Positions 27,143-36,718 of a DNA stretch of 64,000 bases are shown one piece after another (the first letter of the stretch is position 1; the number at the start of each line of letters is the position of its first letter). The notes under the pieces were generated by a model that saw nothing but the letters and a program-made list of their open reading frames with translations, had not been told where the DNA came from and searched no databases. This DNA comes from an uncultured Actinomycetes bacterium. GTDB taxonomy: Bacteria; Actinomycetota; Acidimicrobiia; Acidimicrobiales; RAAP-2. The position numbers and the translations under genes are program-made. Location: assembly GCA_903924205.1 (NCBI GenBank), contig CAIYAP010000006.1:106567-170566 (forward strand), written 5' to 3'.

Positions 27143-28708
27143 ATGGGCCGCAAGATCTTGTTCATTACGACTGACCAGCAGCGTTTCGATACCTTGACCT
27201 GCAATGGTTCACTGATTTCTCGCACGCCGCACATCGACGCGTTGGCTCGAGACGGCGTGCGATACACCCGTGCCGCTCCAAGTTCGGTGGTGTGCATGCC
27301 GTCGCGTGCTTCGATGTTGACGGGACAGTTTCCAACGACGCACGGCGCGTGGATGAACGGCGTGGCTCTGGCGGTAACTGCTCCCTCCGTGGCGGAAACG
27401 CTGCATGATGCGGGCTACGAAACGGCGCTGATCGGTAAAGCGCACTTTGAGCCGTACTTCGATATCTTCGGTCGCTTCGCGGAGAACAGCTTGGCTCAGT
27501 TGGGTATTCCCACGGTAGAGCAGCCGTGGTACGACGGCCGTCGCGGACCGCACCGTGGCTTTGATCACATGGAGCTCGCCACTCACGGAGCAGTGGGAAC
27601 CACCCACTACGCCCGATTCATGATGACGGAACATTTCGATCAGGTTGGCCACTTTTACAACGTTCTTGATGCAGACTTCCAGGTCAACGCGGCGGGAGGC
27701 GGTGATACGGGGGCACCACAAGTGAAGGTGAACCCGGTGCCGCGTGAGCTGTATCACACTGATTGGGTCGCGGATCGCACAGTGAGCTGGTTATCGCAGC
27801 GCGCTGATGACAGCGAATGGTTTTGCTGGATGAGCTTTCCCGATCCACACCATCCATGGGACCCGCCGGAATCAGAAATGCACCGCGTTGACTGGCGCGA
27901 CGTCGATCTACCCGCCGGCTACATCGCCGATCCGGAGGAGCGCGAGCGCGTTCTCGCGCAAAAGGCTCCCCACTGGGGCGCCTGGTACCGCGGAGAACTG
28001 GTTTCCAACTACGAAGCACCGGCCAAGTTCGTGCCCGCCCATCTCACGGCCGACCAGATTCGCGAAGTGAACGCCCGCAATGCGGTCGAAGTGGAGCTCA
28101 TCGATGACGCCGTTGGACGCGTGATGGCGTATCTGGCATCTCGAGGTTGGGCCGATGACGTCGACGTGGTTTTTACGACCGACCACGGCGAGTTACAGGG
28201 GGACTTCGGTCTTCTCTTTAAGGGCCCCTATCACGTGGATGGGTTGATGCGCCTGCCCCTGATTTGGCGTCCGGCTCCCCGCGAGCAGGTGACTCCCGCC
28301 GTTGTCACGACGCCGGTGAGCCTGACTCAACTGGCCGCGACGTTTACGCATATCGCCGGCTTGCCGCAGCCGGCCTACGCCGAAGCCCCGTCGCTGCCAC
28401 GCGATGATGCCGCTGCGACGAGCGACCAAACGATTACCGAATGGGATTCGGCACTTTTTGGCATCGATGTCCACCTCCGGACGGTGGTGACGGATCGTTA
28501 TCACCTGACTCGCTACCAGCCGGGAGCCGTTCACGACGGCAGCGAAGGCGAGCTCTACGACGTGCACAACGACCCCTTGCAGCGTGAAAATCGATACGCG
28601 GATCCCGCGCTGAGAGCCATTCGCGACGAATTGGAAGACCGCCTGATTGCCCACGAAACGCGAGATGTGGAACGTGCGACCCCCGGTCCCTTGGTTGCTC
28701 CGGTCTAA
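27143..28708 (+). CDS. Cys-type sulfatase (formylglycine-dependent), apparently cytoplasmic
   Basis: N-terminal ILFITTDQQR metal-binding block and CMPSRASMLTG (CxPxR formylglycine motif). I see no signal peptide. Confidence 0.88.
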   Translation: MGRKILFITTDQQRFDTLTCNGSLISRTPHIDALARDGVRYTRAAPSSVVCMPSRASMLTGQFPTTHGAWMNGVALAVTAPSVAETLHDAGYETALIGKAHFEPYFDIFGRFAENSLAQLGIPTVEQPWYDGRRGPHRGFDHMELATHGAVGTTHYARFMMTEHFDQVGHFYNVLDADFQVNAAGGGDTGAPQVKVNPVPRELYHTDWVADRTVSWLSQRADDSEWFCWMSFPDPHHPWDPPESEMHRVDWRDVDLPAGYIADPEERERVLAQKAPHWGAWYRGELVSNYEAPAKFVPAHLTADQIREVNARNAVEVELIDDAVGRVMAYLASRGWADDVDVVFTTDHGELQGDFGLLFKGPYHVDGLMRLPLIWRPAPREQVTPAVVTTPVSLTQLAATFTHIAGLPQPAYAEAPSLPRDDAAATSDQTITEWDSALFGIDVHLRTVVTDRYHLTRYQPGAVHDGSEGELYDVHNDPLQRENRYADPALRAIRDELEDRLIAHETRDVERATPGPLVAPV

Positions 28709-28729
28709 ACGCCGGTAGCCTCTCGGGTC

Positions 28730-29623
28730 ATGACCGACACCGTTATTTCCGGCGCACCCATCGACCCAGTGGACCAGTTCCGCTCCGCCCCGCTTCCGGC
28801 CTGGGAGCGTCTCGGAGAGTACGAAGATATCCACTACGACGTCGCCGAGGGCATTGCCAAAATTACGATCAACCGTCCCGAGCGTCGCAATGCCTTTCGC
28901 CCCCAAACCCTGTTTGAGCTCTCCGACGCGTTTGAGCGCGCACGCGATGACATTTCCGTAGGAGCCATCATTTTGACCGGCGAGGGTCCCGATGCCTTCT
29001 GTTCCGGTGGCGACCAGAAGATTCGAGGCAATGATGGTTACATCGGCGATGACGACGTCGCTCGCCATGGCGTGGGTCGACTCAACGTCCTTGACCTCCA
29101 GATCCAAATTCGTCGTTTGCCGAAGCCGGTGATCGCCTCCATCGCGGGATACGCCATTGGTGGCGGCCACATCTTGCATCTGGTGTGCGATCTATCGATT
29201 GCCGCCGACAATGCCCGTTTCGGGCAGACCGGCCCCAAGGTGGGTTCCTTTGACGGCGGCTACGGCAGTTCGCTACTGGCGCGCTCCATCGGCCTAAAGC
29301 GCGCCAAGGAAGTGTGGTTCTTGTGTCGTCAATACGACGCACAGACCGCGTTGGATTGGGGCCTCGTCAATACGGTCGTGCCCCTGGCTGACCTCGAACG
29401 TGAAACGGTGGCGTGGTGTCGTCAGATGTTGACTCTGTCGCCGCTCGCACTGCGCATGCTCAAGGCCGGCTTTAACGCGGCCGAAGATGGCCTCGCCGGC
29501 GTACAGCAGCTCGCCGGTGACGCCACCATGCTCTTTTACATGTCGGAAGAAGGACAAGAGGGTCGCAACGCCTTCGTGGAGCACCGCGCTCCGGACTTCT
29601 CGAAGTTCCCCAAGCGCCCGTGA
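28730..29623 (+). CDS. menB: 1,4-dihydroxy-2-naphthoyl-CoA synthase MenB
   Basis: Crotonase fold with the [17 protein letters not shown] signature; 297 aa. Confidence 0.93.
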   Translation: MTDTVISGAPIDPVDQFRSAPLPAWERLGEYEDIHYDVAEGIAKITINRPERRNAFRPQTLFELSDAFERARDDISVGAIILTGEGPDAFCSGGDQKIRGNDGYIGDDDVARHGVGRLNVLDLQIQIRRLPKPVIASIAGYAIGGGHILHLVCDLSIAADNARFGQTGPKVGSFDGGYGSSLLARSIGLKRAKEVWFLCRQYDAQTALDWGLVNTVVPLADLERETVAWCRQMLTLSPLALRMLKAGFNAAEDGLAGVQQLAGDATMLFYMSEEGQEGRNAFVEHRAPDFSKFPKRP

Positions 29624-30519
29624 GCCACGTTCCTGGTCCCGTTCGCCGCTGGGTGCTCGCCGCTCGTCTGCGCACACTGCCTGCGGCCTTGGTGCCCGTC
29701 GTTGCGGGTACGTCCACGGTCATTCATAACGGTCGCCACACGGAGATGAAGCCTCTGAACACCCTGCTCGCTGCGTTTATCTCGCTCGCGCTACAGGTCG
29801 GAACGAATTATGCCAATGACTACAGCGACGGCATCAAGGGCACTGACGACAAGCGTGTCGGACCTTTTCGTCTGACGGCGTCGGGCCTGGTGCCCGCGGC
29901 CCGAGTGAAGTACGCCGCATTTGCGTGCTTTGGCGTCGCGGCGATTGCGGGGCTAATCCTCGCATCACGTGTGACGTGGTGGTTGGTGCCCATTGGCGCT
30001 ACGGCCATCGTGGCGGGCTGGTTTTACACTGGCGGCCCGAAGCCTTATGGCTATTACGGTTTCGGCGAATTCTTCGTCTTCATCTATTTCGGCCTTGTGG
30101 CGACCTTGGGCACCGCTGATGTTCAGTGCGGACCGTTATCGCATTGGGCATGGTTTGAAGCGGTGGCCGTCGGCTTGGCGGCGGTGTGCTTGCTCCAAGC
30201 CAACAACATTCGTGACATTGATGGTGACCGAGAGTCGGGCAAGAAGACGATTGCGGCGCGAATTGGTCGCGTTCGCTCGGGCCACCTGTATGTCGCAACC
30301 GTCGGCGGAGTTGTGGTTTTTCTCTTCCTGTCGGGACTCGAGGGTGATCCGCTGATTTCGGCGCTGGCCGCCGTCTTTGTGGCGGTCGGTTATCGCCCCG
30401 CTATCAAGTTGGCACTCTCGCAAAGTCACGGACGTGACTTGCTGCCGATGTTGGCCGAGAGCGCTCGAGCTCAGTTGCTCCTGGGTTTAGCGTTATTGGT
30501 CGTCAACGTCGCTCGTTAA
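29620..30519 (+). CDS. menA: 1,4-dihydroxy-2-naphthoate polyprenyltransferase MenA
   Basis: UbiA-family polytopic membrane protein. N-terminal [17 protein letters not shown] and an [11 protein letters not shown] aspartate-rich motif. GTGA overlap with menB. Confidence 0.9.
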   Translation: MSHVPGPVRRWVLAARLRTLPAALVPVVAGTSTVIHNGRHTEMKPLNTLLAAFISLALQVGTNYANDYSDGIKGTDDKRVGPFRLTASGLVPAARVKYAAFACFGVAAIAGLILASRVTWWLVPIGATAIVAGWFYTGGPKPYGYYGFGEFFVFIYFGLVATLGTADVQCGPLSHWAWFEAVAVGLAAVCLLQANNIRDIDGDRESGKKTIAARIGRVRSGHLYVATVGGVVVFLFLSGLEGDPLISALAAVFVAVGYRPAIKLALSQSHGRDLLPMLAESARAQLLLGLALLVVNVAR

Positions 30520-30539
30520 GCGAGTGCTCGCTTAACGAG
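30512..30539. terminator. 13-bp perfect inverted repeat at the convergent menA/menH junction
   Basis: CTCGTTAAGCGAG (30512-30524) and CTCGCTTAACGAG (30527-30539) are exact reverse complements separated by 2 nt. The repeat spans both stop codons (shared TTAA at 30516-30519). Confidence 0.4.
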
Positions 30540-31259
30540 GGCGGCACACAGTGACGGCTGGTCCACGTGGGCCGCGTGACCAGCACCCGCCACGGTTGCC
30601 CAGCGACCAGCGGCCGCGGCCGCCAGATCTCGTGCGTGTCGACTAAATCGCAGATCCATGGCACCCGCCACGAAGGTGCAGGGCATGGTCAGCCCCGTCA
30701 AGCGCGGTGCGAGCCATTCCTGAGTTCCCGTGCCCGCCAGAACGAGGGACGACGCCAGACCATCGGCGGTATTCACGGAGCGTGACGCCACTTCGGCCGG
30801 GGAGAGGCGGGTGTGAGCAAAAAGAGGCTGGCGAGTCCATTCCTCGAGAAACTGTTCGACGCCCACAGAAACAATGTGCGTCGCCAGTGCCTCGTCGCGC
30901 TGTTGTCGCGCCACGCGTGCCTCGAGGGTGGCGAGGCCAGCCACGGCCCCAATGGTGACGAGGCGCGTGACGAGTTCGGGGTGACGAAGCGCGAGGTGCA
31001 GGGCAATTCGCCCGCCGAGGGAATAGCCAACCACCGCGACCGGCTCCGAGAGCGAGGCAGCGAGAAGGTCAGCCGTATCGGGCAAGTTGGACCGAACGGT
31101 AGCGTGGTCTCCGTGACCGGGCAGGTCGACGGTGATGATGTCACCCGCAGGTGCCAAGAGTTGTCGAAAGTCGTTCGCCGACGTTCGGGACTGGGTGAAA
31201 CCATGCAGGAACAGAATCGGCGTGCCCGATCCCGAATGATGCAGGTCGAGGAGTGACAT
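30516..31259 (-). CDS. menH: Alpha/beta hydrolase, probable SHCHC synthase MenH
   Basis: HGFTQS oxyanion region and a GYSLGG nucleophile elbow. Lies head-to-head with menD. I prefer the start at 31259 (MSLLDLHH...) over the upstream ATG at 31310, which overlaps menD. Confidence 0.6.
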   Translation of the reverse strand: MSLLDLHHSGSGTPILFLHGFTQSRTSANDFRQLLAPAGDIITVDLPGHGDHATVRSNLPDTADLLAASLSEPVAVVGYSLGGRIALHLALRHPELVTRLVTIGAVAGLATLEARVARQQRDEALATHIVSVGVEQFLEEWTRQPLFAHTRLSPAEVASRSVNTADGLASSLVLAGTGTQEWLAPRLTGLTMPCTFVAGAMDLRFSRHARDLAAAAAGRWATVAGAGHAAHVDQPSLCAALVKRALA

Positions 31260-31263
31260 ACAG

Positions 31264-32916
31264 ATGAGCGTACCGAGCCTCCCCGAGGTCCAGGCGACCT
31301 TCGCGGCCACTCTCTGTGACGAGTGGTTTCGTCAGGGATTGCGTGACGTCGTCATCTGCCCAGGGTCCCGTTCGACACCTTTGGCACTCGCGGCCGTTCG
31401 TCATGGCGGCCTGACGATTCACGTTCGACTCGATGAGCGCTCCGCCTCGTTCTTCGCCGTGGGGCGCGCTCTCGCATCGCACACTCCCGTGGCCATCATT
31501 GTGACCAGTGGCACCGCCGCGGCTGAATTGCACGCCGCGGTGTGTGAAGCCGATTTGGCCCGCGTTCCGCTCGTGGTGGTCACTGCCGATCGTCCACCGT
31601 GGCTCCACGGTGTCGGTGCACCGCAAACCATGAACCAGCAGAACCTCTATGGCTCTGCGGTGCGACTCTTTCTCGATACGGGTGTCGCCGACGACGCCCA
31701 CCGTGAGAGGTGGCGTGACATGGCCGCCGACAGTTACATTGCCGCGGCGACGCGACGCGGTCCGGTGCACGTCAATGTGCCACTCGTGGAACCTTTGATG
31801 GCGGAGGCCCAGACCCTCCCGGGGTTGCGCACGGCAGTGGATGACGAGATCGGTCGACCCGAGATAACTATCGACGTCGCCGGTCAACGTACGTTGGCCA
31901 TTGCGGGCACCGGAACGCCGGCCGCACTCGTGAACTTTCTCACGTCACGAGGGGTAGTGGTCGTGGGTGATGCCACCACGCCGCACACGATGCCCTACTT
32001 CGACACTTTGTTGCGTTCGGACTCCTTCGCAGGTGCGGCGCGTCCCGATGTCGTCATCCGAATCGGGGGTCTACCCGCATCAAAAGTGCTCGGTCAGCGC
32101 CTTCAGCAGTGGCAGGTCCCCGTGGTCGCTCTCGAGATCGACGGTCCGGTCGCCGACCCGGATCGAGTCGTCACGCAAACCCTGACTGGGCAATGGCAGG
32201 AGCCAAGCGGACCCGACGCGCAGTCGTGGACGGCTGATCCGGCTTACCTCGAGTGGTGGCTAGCCATCGTGGCACGGTACAAGCAGCAAGTGGTGGGTCT
32301 CGACTTTGCGGCTGGTGCGCTGACGGAAACGTCCGCCGCCCGCGCCGTCGTCCGCCACGTGAATGCCGGTGAGCGGCCCTTATTCGTAGGGTCGTCAATG
32401 CCCATCCGTGAAATCGAATGGTTCACGCCCTCGCGCACCCAGAGAGTCTTTTCAAATCGCGGGGTCAACGGAATTGACGGCGTGGTCTCGAGCGCGTTTG
32501 GTGCGAACGATGGGAGCGGCGTGGTGGCCATGGTGGGTGATCTGACTTTTGCGCATGATCTCTCGGCGTGGGTAGACGCTCCGAAGACCGGCCCGGTGTC
32601 CGTCGTGGTTTTCGATAATGGTGGGGGACATATTTTTGATTTCCTCCCTCAAAAATCTCTCCTGGACGAGGACACCTTCGCCACGTTGTTTACGACACCG
32701 CGTCCACTCAATCTCGAGGCATTCTCCGCAGCGGTAGGTGCCACATATCACGAGGCCACCACGGTCGGCGAGCTGGACGCGGCACTGGCCGACGACGTGG
32801 CGTCGGCATCAGTCAGCATCATTCGGGCGCGCGTGAACACCACGGTGTCATCCACGGACTTTCATGCGTGGCTTCACCGATCGTCGGCGCGCATCGTGGC
32901 AGAGTTTCTTCCGTGA
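31264..32916 (+). CDS. menD: SEPHCHC synthase MenD (ThDP-dependent)
   Basis: The N-terminus GLRDVVICPGSRSTPLALA is typical of MenD. Has a GDLTFAHD ThDP-binding motif; 550 aa. Confidence 0.9.
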   Translation: MSVPSLPEVQATFAATLCDEWFRQGLRDVVICPGSRSTPLALAAVRHGGLTIHVRLDERSASFFAVGRALASHTPVAIIVTSGTAAAELHAAVCEADLARVPLVVVTADRPPWLHGVGAPQTMNQQNLYGSAVRLFLDTGVADDAHRERWRDMAADSYIAAATRRGPVHVNVPLVEPLMAEAQTLPGLRTAVDDEIGRPEITIDVAGQRTLAIAGTGTPAALVNFLTSRGVVVVGDATTPHTMPYFDTLLRSDSFAGAARPDVVIRIGGLPASKVLGQRLQQWQVPVVALEIDGPVADPDRVVTQTLTGQWQEPSGPDAQSWTADPAYLEWWLAIVARYKQQVVGLDFAAGALTETSAARAVVRHVNAGERPLFVGSSMPIREIEWFTPSRTQRVFSNRGVNGIDGVVSSAFGANDGSGVVAMVGDLTFAHDLSAWVDAPKTGPVSVVVFDNGGGHIFDFLPQKSLLDEDTFATLFTTPRPLNLEAFSAAVGATYHEATTVGELDAALADDVASASVSIIRARVNTTVSSTDFHAWLHRSSARIVAEFLP

Positions 32917-33635
32917 GCGCGACATTGCCGGCATCATTGATCGCGGGCATCCCCATCGCTTTCGTGGCGGGCGTCGTGTCCTTTTTGTCACCCTGCGTAT
33001 TGCCACTGGTGCCCGGCTATCTCGGCTTCCTGGGTGGCGCGGCGGGAGGACGTGCGCGCACCATCGTGGGGTCCCTGGCCTTCGTGGGTGGCTTTTCGGT
33101 TGTCTTCGTGTCATCGGGTGCCCTGTTTAGTTCGGTCGGTCACGCGTTTCATACCCACGAACGAGGGATTTCGATTGCGTGCGGCTTCCTCACGATTGCC
33201 TTGGGTTTGACCTTTGCGGGATGGCTCACTTTGCCGTTCTTGCAGCGAGAGCGTCGATCGCATGCGTTACCGTCCGCCACGGTCGGGGGCGCGAGCGTCT
33301 TGGGTTTTCTCTTTGGCTTGGGTTGGACGCCATGTATCGGGCCCACCTTGGCGTCGATTTTGGCCCTGTCCGCCAGCTCGGGTGCGACGGCGTGGCGCGG
33401 CAGCATCCTGGCCGTCGTCTATTGCCTAGGTCTTGGTGTTCCCTTTGTAGTGGCCGCCGCTGCGAGCGAATGGGCGCTGCGAGCGGTGAGTGTGCTTCGT
33501 CGTCATACGCGGCTCATTACAACCATCGGGGGCATCATTCTGGTGGCGGTAGGGGTGGCTGAAATAACGGGCTGGTGGGCGACCCTCATCCATCATCTGC
33601 AAAGCTGGATCCCGACCTACACCCCGTCGGTTTAG
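32913..33635 (+). CDS. ccdA: Cytochrome c biogenesis / thiol-disulfide transporter CcdA (DsbD family)
   Basis: FLSPCVLPLVPGYLG and GWTPCIGP motifs with 6 predicted TM helices. The GTG at 32913 gives a GTGA overlap with menD. Confidence 0.88.
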   Translation: MSATLPASLIAGIPIAFVAGVVSFLSPCVLPLVPGYLGFLGGAAGGRARTIVGSLAFVGGFSVVFVSSGALFSSVGHAFHTHERGISIACGFLTIALGLTFAGWLTLPFLQRERRSHALPSATVGGASVLGFLFGLGWTPCIGPTLASILALSASSGATAWRGSILAVVYCLGLGVPFVVAAAASEWALRAVSVLRRHTRLITTIGGIILVAVGVAEITGWWATLIHHLQSWIPTYTPSV

Positions 33636-33658
33636 GGAGAACTCCTACACTCAGAGGA

Positions 33659-34939
33659 ATGAAACTCCGCGACGACTTCGAATTTCGCGGTCTGGTCCAT
33701 CAGACGACCAACCCGGAACTTCTCGACCGCTTGGGTCGTGGTGGCATCACCGCCTACGTGGGATTTGATCCCACGGCCTCTTCCCTCCATCTTGGCCACC
33801 TGCTTCAGTTGTGCAATTTGCGACGGCTTCAACTCGCGGGCAACCGTCCCATCGCCCTGGCCGGTGGCGGTACGGCGCTGATTGGCGATCCAAGTTTCAA
33901 GGCCACCGAACGACCGTTGCAAACGGTGGAACAGATCGGAGAGAACCTCGAGTCCATCAAGGAACAGCTGAGCCGTTTTCTCGACTTTTCGGCCTCGGCC
34001 GGCGCGAGCCGAGCCATCCTTCTGAATAACGCCGATTGGCTGACAACTTTTCCCTTGACTGATTTCCTGCGTGACGTGGGAAAGCACTTCACGATCAACC
34101 AGCTCATTGCCCGTGACAGCGTGAAGAGTCGACTGGACCGACCCGATGTGGGCTTGTCGTTTACCGAATTCAGCTACTCGCTACTGCAGGGCTACGACTT
34201 TCTTCGACTTCACCTCGATCAGGGGTGCACGGTGCAGTTGGGTGGCTCGGACCAATGGGGCAACATCATCAGTGGTGTCGACCTGGTGCGTAAGAGTTGC
34301 GGCGGGGACGTCGATGGCTTGACGTCGCCACTGCTTCTTCGTCCCGATGGTCAGAAGTTTGGCAAAACTGAAGGCGGCAATCAAAGCGTTTGGTTAAGTG
34401 CGGAACTGACGCGCCCGTACACCTTGTTCCAGTACTTGCTGAATCAAGACGACGCCATGGTGGAAAAGTTGCTCAAATTCTTCACCTTCCTGGACCACGA
34501 CACGATTGCTGAATTGATGGAAGCGACGATTCGCACACCGCGAGAGCGTCGTGCTCAACGCGCCCTCGCCACCGACATCGTGACCTTGGTGCACGGGCCA
34601 GAGGCCGCCGCCGCGGCGGAACGCGCGGGACGGGCGCTATTCAGCGAAGAAATTGCCGCGCTGGACGAACGCACTCTCCTCGACGTCATGGCCGACGCCC
34701 CCAGTGTGGAAATTCCTCGGTCGGAGTTCCTCGAGGGCGTGGACCTCATCGATCTCGTGGTGCGAGCGGGCCTCGCAGCGTCCAAGGGCGAGGCACGACG
34801 GTTGAATGACCAAGGTGGTTTTGCCATTAACAACGTGAAGAGCGACGGCGGATTGGTGAGCGTGACTCACCTCCTTCACGATCGATACGTTGTTCTTCGA
34901 CGTGGCGCACGCACGATCGCGCTCGTTGTGGCGAGCTAG
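33659..34939 (+). CDS. tyrS: Tyrosine--tRNA ligase
   Basis: HIGH-type motif LHLGHL, KMSKS-type KFGKT, and a C-terminal S4-like domain. Start at ATG 33659. Confidence 0.95.
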   Translation: MKLRDDFEFRGLVHQTTNPELLDRLGRGGITAYVGFDPTASSLHLGHLLQLCNLRRLQLAGNRPIALAGGGTALIGDPSFKATERPLQTVEQIGENLESIKEQLSRFLDFSASAGASRAILLNNADWLTTFPLTDFLRDVGKHFTINQLIARDSVKSRLDRPDVGLSFTEFSYSLLQGYDFLRLHLDQGCTVQLGGSDQWGNIISGVDLVRKSCGGDVDGLTSPLLLRPDGQKFGKTEGGNQSVWLSAELTRPYTLFQYLLNQDDAMVEKLLKFFTFLDHDTIAELMEATIRTPRERRAQRALATDIVTLVHGPEAAAAAERAGRALFSEEIAALDERTLLDVMADAPSVEIPRSEFLEGVDLIDLVVRAGLAASKGEARRLNDQGGFAINNVKSDGGLVSVTHLLHDRYVVLRRGARTIALVVAS

Positions 34940-35373
34940 TGCGACGAGTCGCCCTGTTGCTCGTAGGCGGCCTGTTGCTAGGTGCCTGCGGCTCCTCACT
35001 GTCATCAGGTCAAGCGGTAACTAACTGGGCTCACAATTCGGGTTTTCGTAGCAACCTGCCGACGTTGGTGAGCGACGCACGCATTCTCAAGAAAATCGTG
35101 AACGATCCACGTTCCAGCGAGAGCGATCTGCGCACTTTTGGCACCGTGATGTTCGAGGATGTCAGTGCGGCGAATGCGTCGTTACCGACGCCCGATACGC
35201 AACTCACCTCACTCTTGTCTGAGGCCTATACCAATCTCGGCAGTGCGGCTCAAACGTCATACAACGCGGCGGGTAGCGCCCGATTACGTGCGGAGGTCAT
35301 GCGCTATCTCGACACGGGAGCGAGAAATCTCCAGCTGGCGACGCTTCGACTCGCGTCCGCCGAACAAGGCTAA
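34939..35373 (+). CDS. Putative lipoprotein (144 aa)
   Basis: Signal peptide with lipobox: MRRVALLLVGGLLLGAC. Confidence 0.6.
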   Translation: MRRVALLLVGGLLLGACGSSLSSGQAVTNWAHNSGFRSNLPTLVSDARILKKIVNDPRSSESDLRTFGTVMFEDVSAANASLPTPDTQLTSLLSEAYTNLGSAAQTSYNAAGSARLRAEVMRYLDTGARNLQLATLRLASAEQG

Positions 35374-35588
35374 GCCTGCGGGCGAAGATCAATTTCGAGA
35401 CGCAAAATACCGTCGACGAGGGTGGCGGTGGCGTCTCCCAGCATCGCGAAGTCCTGAAAGTCGACCTTTGATGCCTCGATGAAACGGGTTCGGTCGGGGC
35501 CTTCGACCGGAGGGATGCCCCGCTTTCGCACGGCTTCCGCACGAGCGCGAAAGCGCAGAACCATTTCTTGAGGGTCGAAATCTGCCAT
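35370..35588 (-). CDS. Small hypothetical protein (72 aa)
   Basis: ATG-initiated ORF with coding-like composition. Its stop overlaps the stop of the convergent lipoprotein gene (CTAA). Confidence 0.45.
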   Translation of the reverse strand: MADFDPQEMVLRFRARAEAVRKRGIPPVEGPDRTRFIEASKVDFQDFAMLGDATATLVDGILRLEIDLRPQA

Positions 35589-35698
35589 GACCTCATGTTA
35601 TGGACGCATCGAGAGGCTCGTCGCATTGGTAGACTTGCCCTCCGTCGCGGTACGCCGCTGACGCGTCTGGCCTCGTAGCCAGATAGTGAGGAGTCGTC

Positions 35699-35923
35699 GT
35701 GAAAAAAGGTCGCCACCGCCGGTTTGTCGAAGCGCGTGAACTCAAGCGTTCCACCGGGCCACGGGCCACGACCTGCGACGAGTGCGGGGCCGAGCCAGAA
35801 GATGTCCACGCCGAGTGGTGTTTGGCCGAGGAAGACCGATACGAAGAAATCCTGGGCCAGCTACCGCGCACGGTGAGTCTCGAAGACGATCCGTTGGCGG
35901 ATGACCCGTCTGACGAGGCTTAA
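35699..35923 (+). CDS. Small hypothetical acidic protein (74 aa) with CxxC...C
   Basis: GTG start preceded by GAGGAG. Has a basic N-terminus, then a CDEC motif and a further Cys, then an acidic tail. Confidence 0.45.
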   Translation: MKKGRHRRFVEARELKRSTGPRATTCDECGAEPEDVHAEWCLAEEDRYEEILGQLPRTVSLEDDPLADDPSDEA

Positions 35924-36696
35924 CGTCTGACCGTCGGGTGAGCGATCGCGACCGATGCCGGTCGCGCCGCGCGCTGAGCCAGGTGCTCGCCCAGAGCGTG
36001 ATAGGCCCAGTCGCCTACCAACTCCGTCAATTCCTCGCGCATCGAGTGGTAGACGCTGGTCGCGCCCGTGAAGGCTTCAGTGGCTTCGGTGCACCACCAA
36101 TGAAAGTCTTCGCCACCTTTGCCCCAGTGGCGCCGGTCCCATTGAGTAATCGTGGTAGTCACCCAACCAGCCGTGTCCGTGGCTTCTTCGCGTCGAAGGG
36201 GGAGTTGCCAACACACCTCAGGTTTGAGGGGCACGAATGACACACCTTCGTCCATGGCGTAGACGTGGATGGCGCAGCCCGCGCCGCGCTCAAAGTCGGG
36301 GCGATTGAGAAAAATGCAGGCGTCCTTAACGAGGCGGGTAGTGATTTCCACCTCACCGTCTTTGTCGGTGCGACGCTTCAGCACGCCCTTCTCGCCCTGC
36401 TTCTTGAATTGCCACTGCGAGGCGGATAGCTTGACCGCCACTTTTTCCACCTTCTTGGCGTCCTTCTCGTCCATTAGGTGAGCGCCGTAACTGCAGCATC
36501 CCTGTACGAGTTCGTCGGCGGGTCCGGTGAGGACCCCCTGGCAACCCTGACCGAAAATGCAGTGGTAGCTACTTTCGAGAAAAGTTACGTCGAAGACAAA
36601 GATGCGCTTCTCGGTGGGGTGCTCAAAGCTGATCCACTCATGAGAGTTTTCGAGGTCGGTCACGACACGACAGACTAGAGCGCGGGCACCCGTCAC
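35920..36696 (-). CDS. Conserved cysteine-rich hypothetical protein (258 aa), possible metal/Fe-S binding
   Basis: Cys clusters CIFGQGCQG...QGCCSYGAH and CIFLN...GAGCAIH. Divergent from the NfuA-like gene with only a 22-nt spacer. Confidence 0.6.
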   Translation of the reverse strand: MTGARALVCRVVTDLENSHEWISFEHPTEKRIFVFDVTFLESSYHCIFGQGCQGVLTGPADELVQGCCSYGAHLMDEKDAKKVEKVAVKLSASQWQFKKQGEKGVLKRRTDKDGEVEITTRLVKDACIFLNRPDFERGAGCAIHVYAMDEGVSFVPLKPEVCWQLPLRREEATDTAGWVTTTITQWDRRHWGKGGEDFHWWCTEATEAFTGATSVYHSMREELTELVGDWAYHALGEHLAQRAARPASVAIAHPTVRR

Positions 36697-36718
36697 TTCC
36701 GACCTTTACACTGAGGAC

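Noticed and set aside
28193-29179. 328-aa minus-strand ORF spanning the sulfatase/menB junction
   Set aside because: It is antisense to two well-supported genes and crosses their intergenic gap. It has no domain signature.
31141-31887. 248-aa minus-strand ORF opposite the 5' part of menD
   Set aside because: It is antisense to MenD, whose N-terminal CPGSRS block is diagnostic. It has no independent support.
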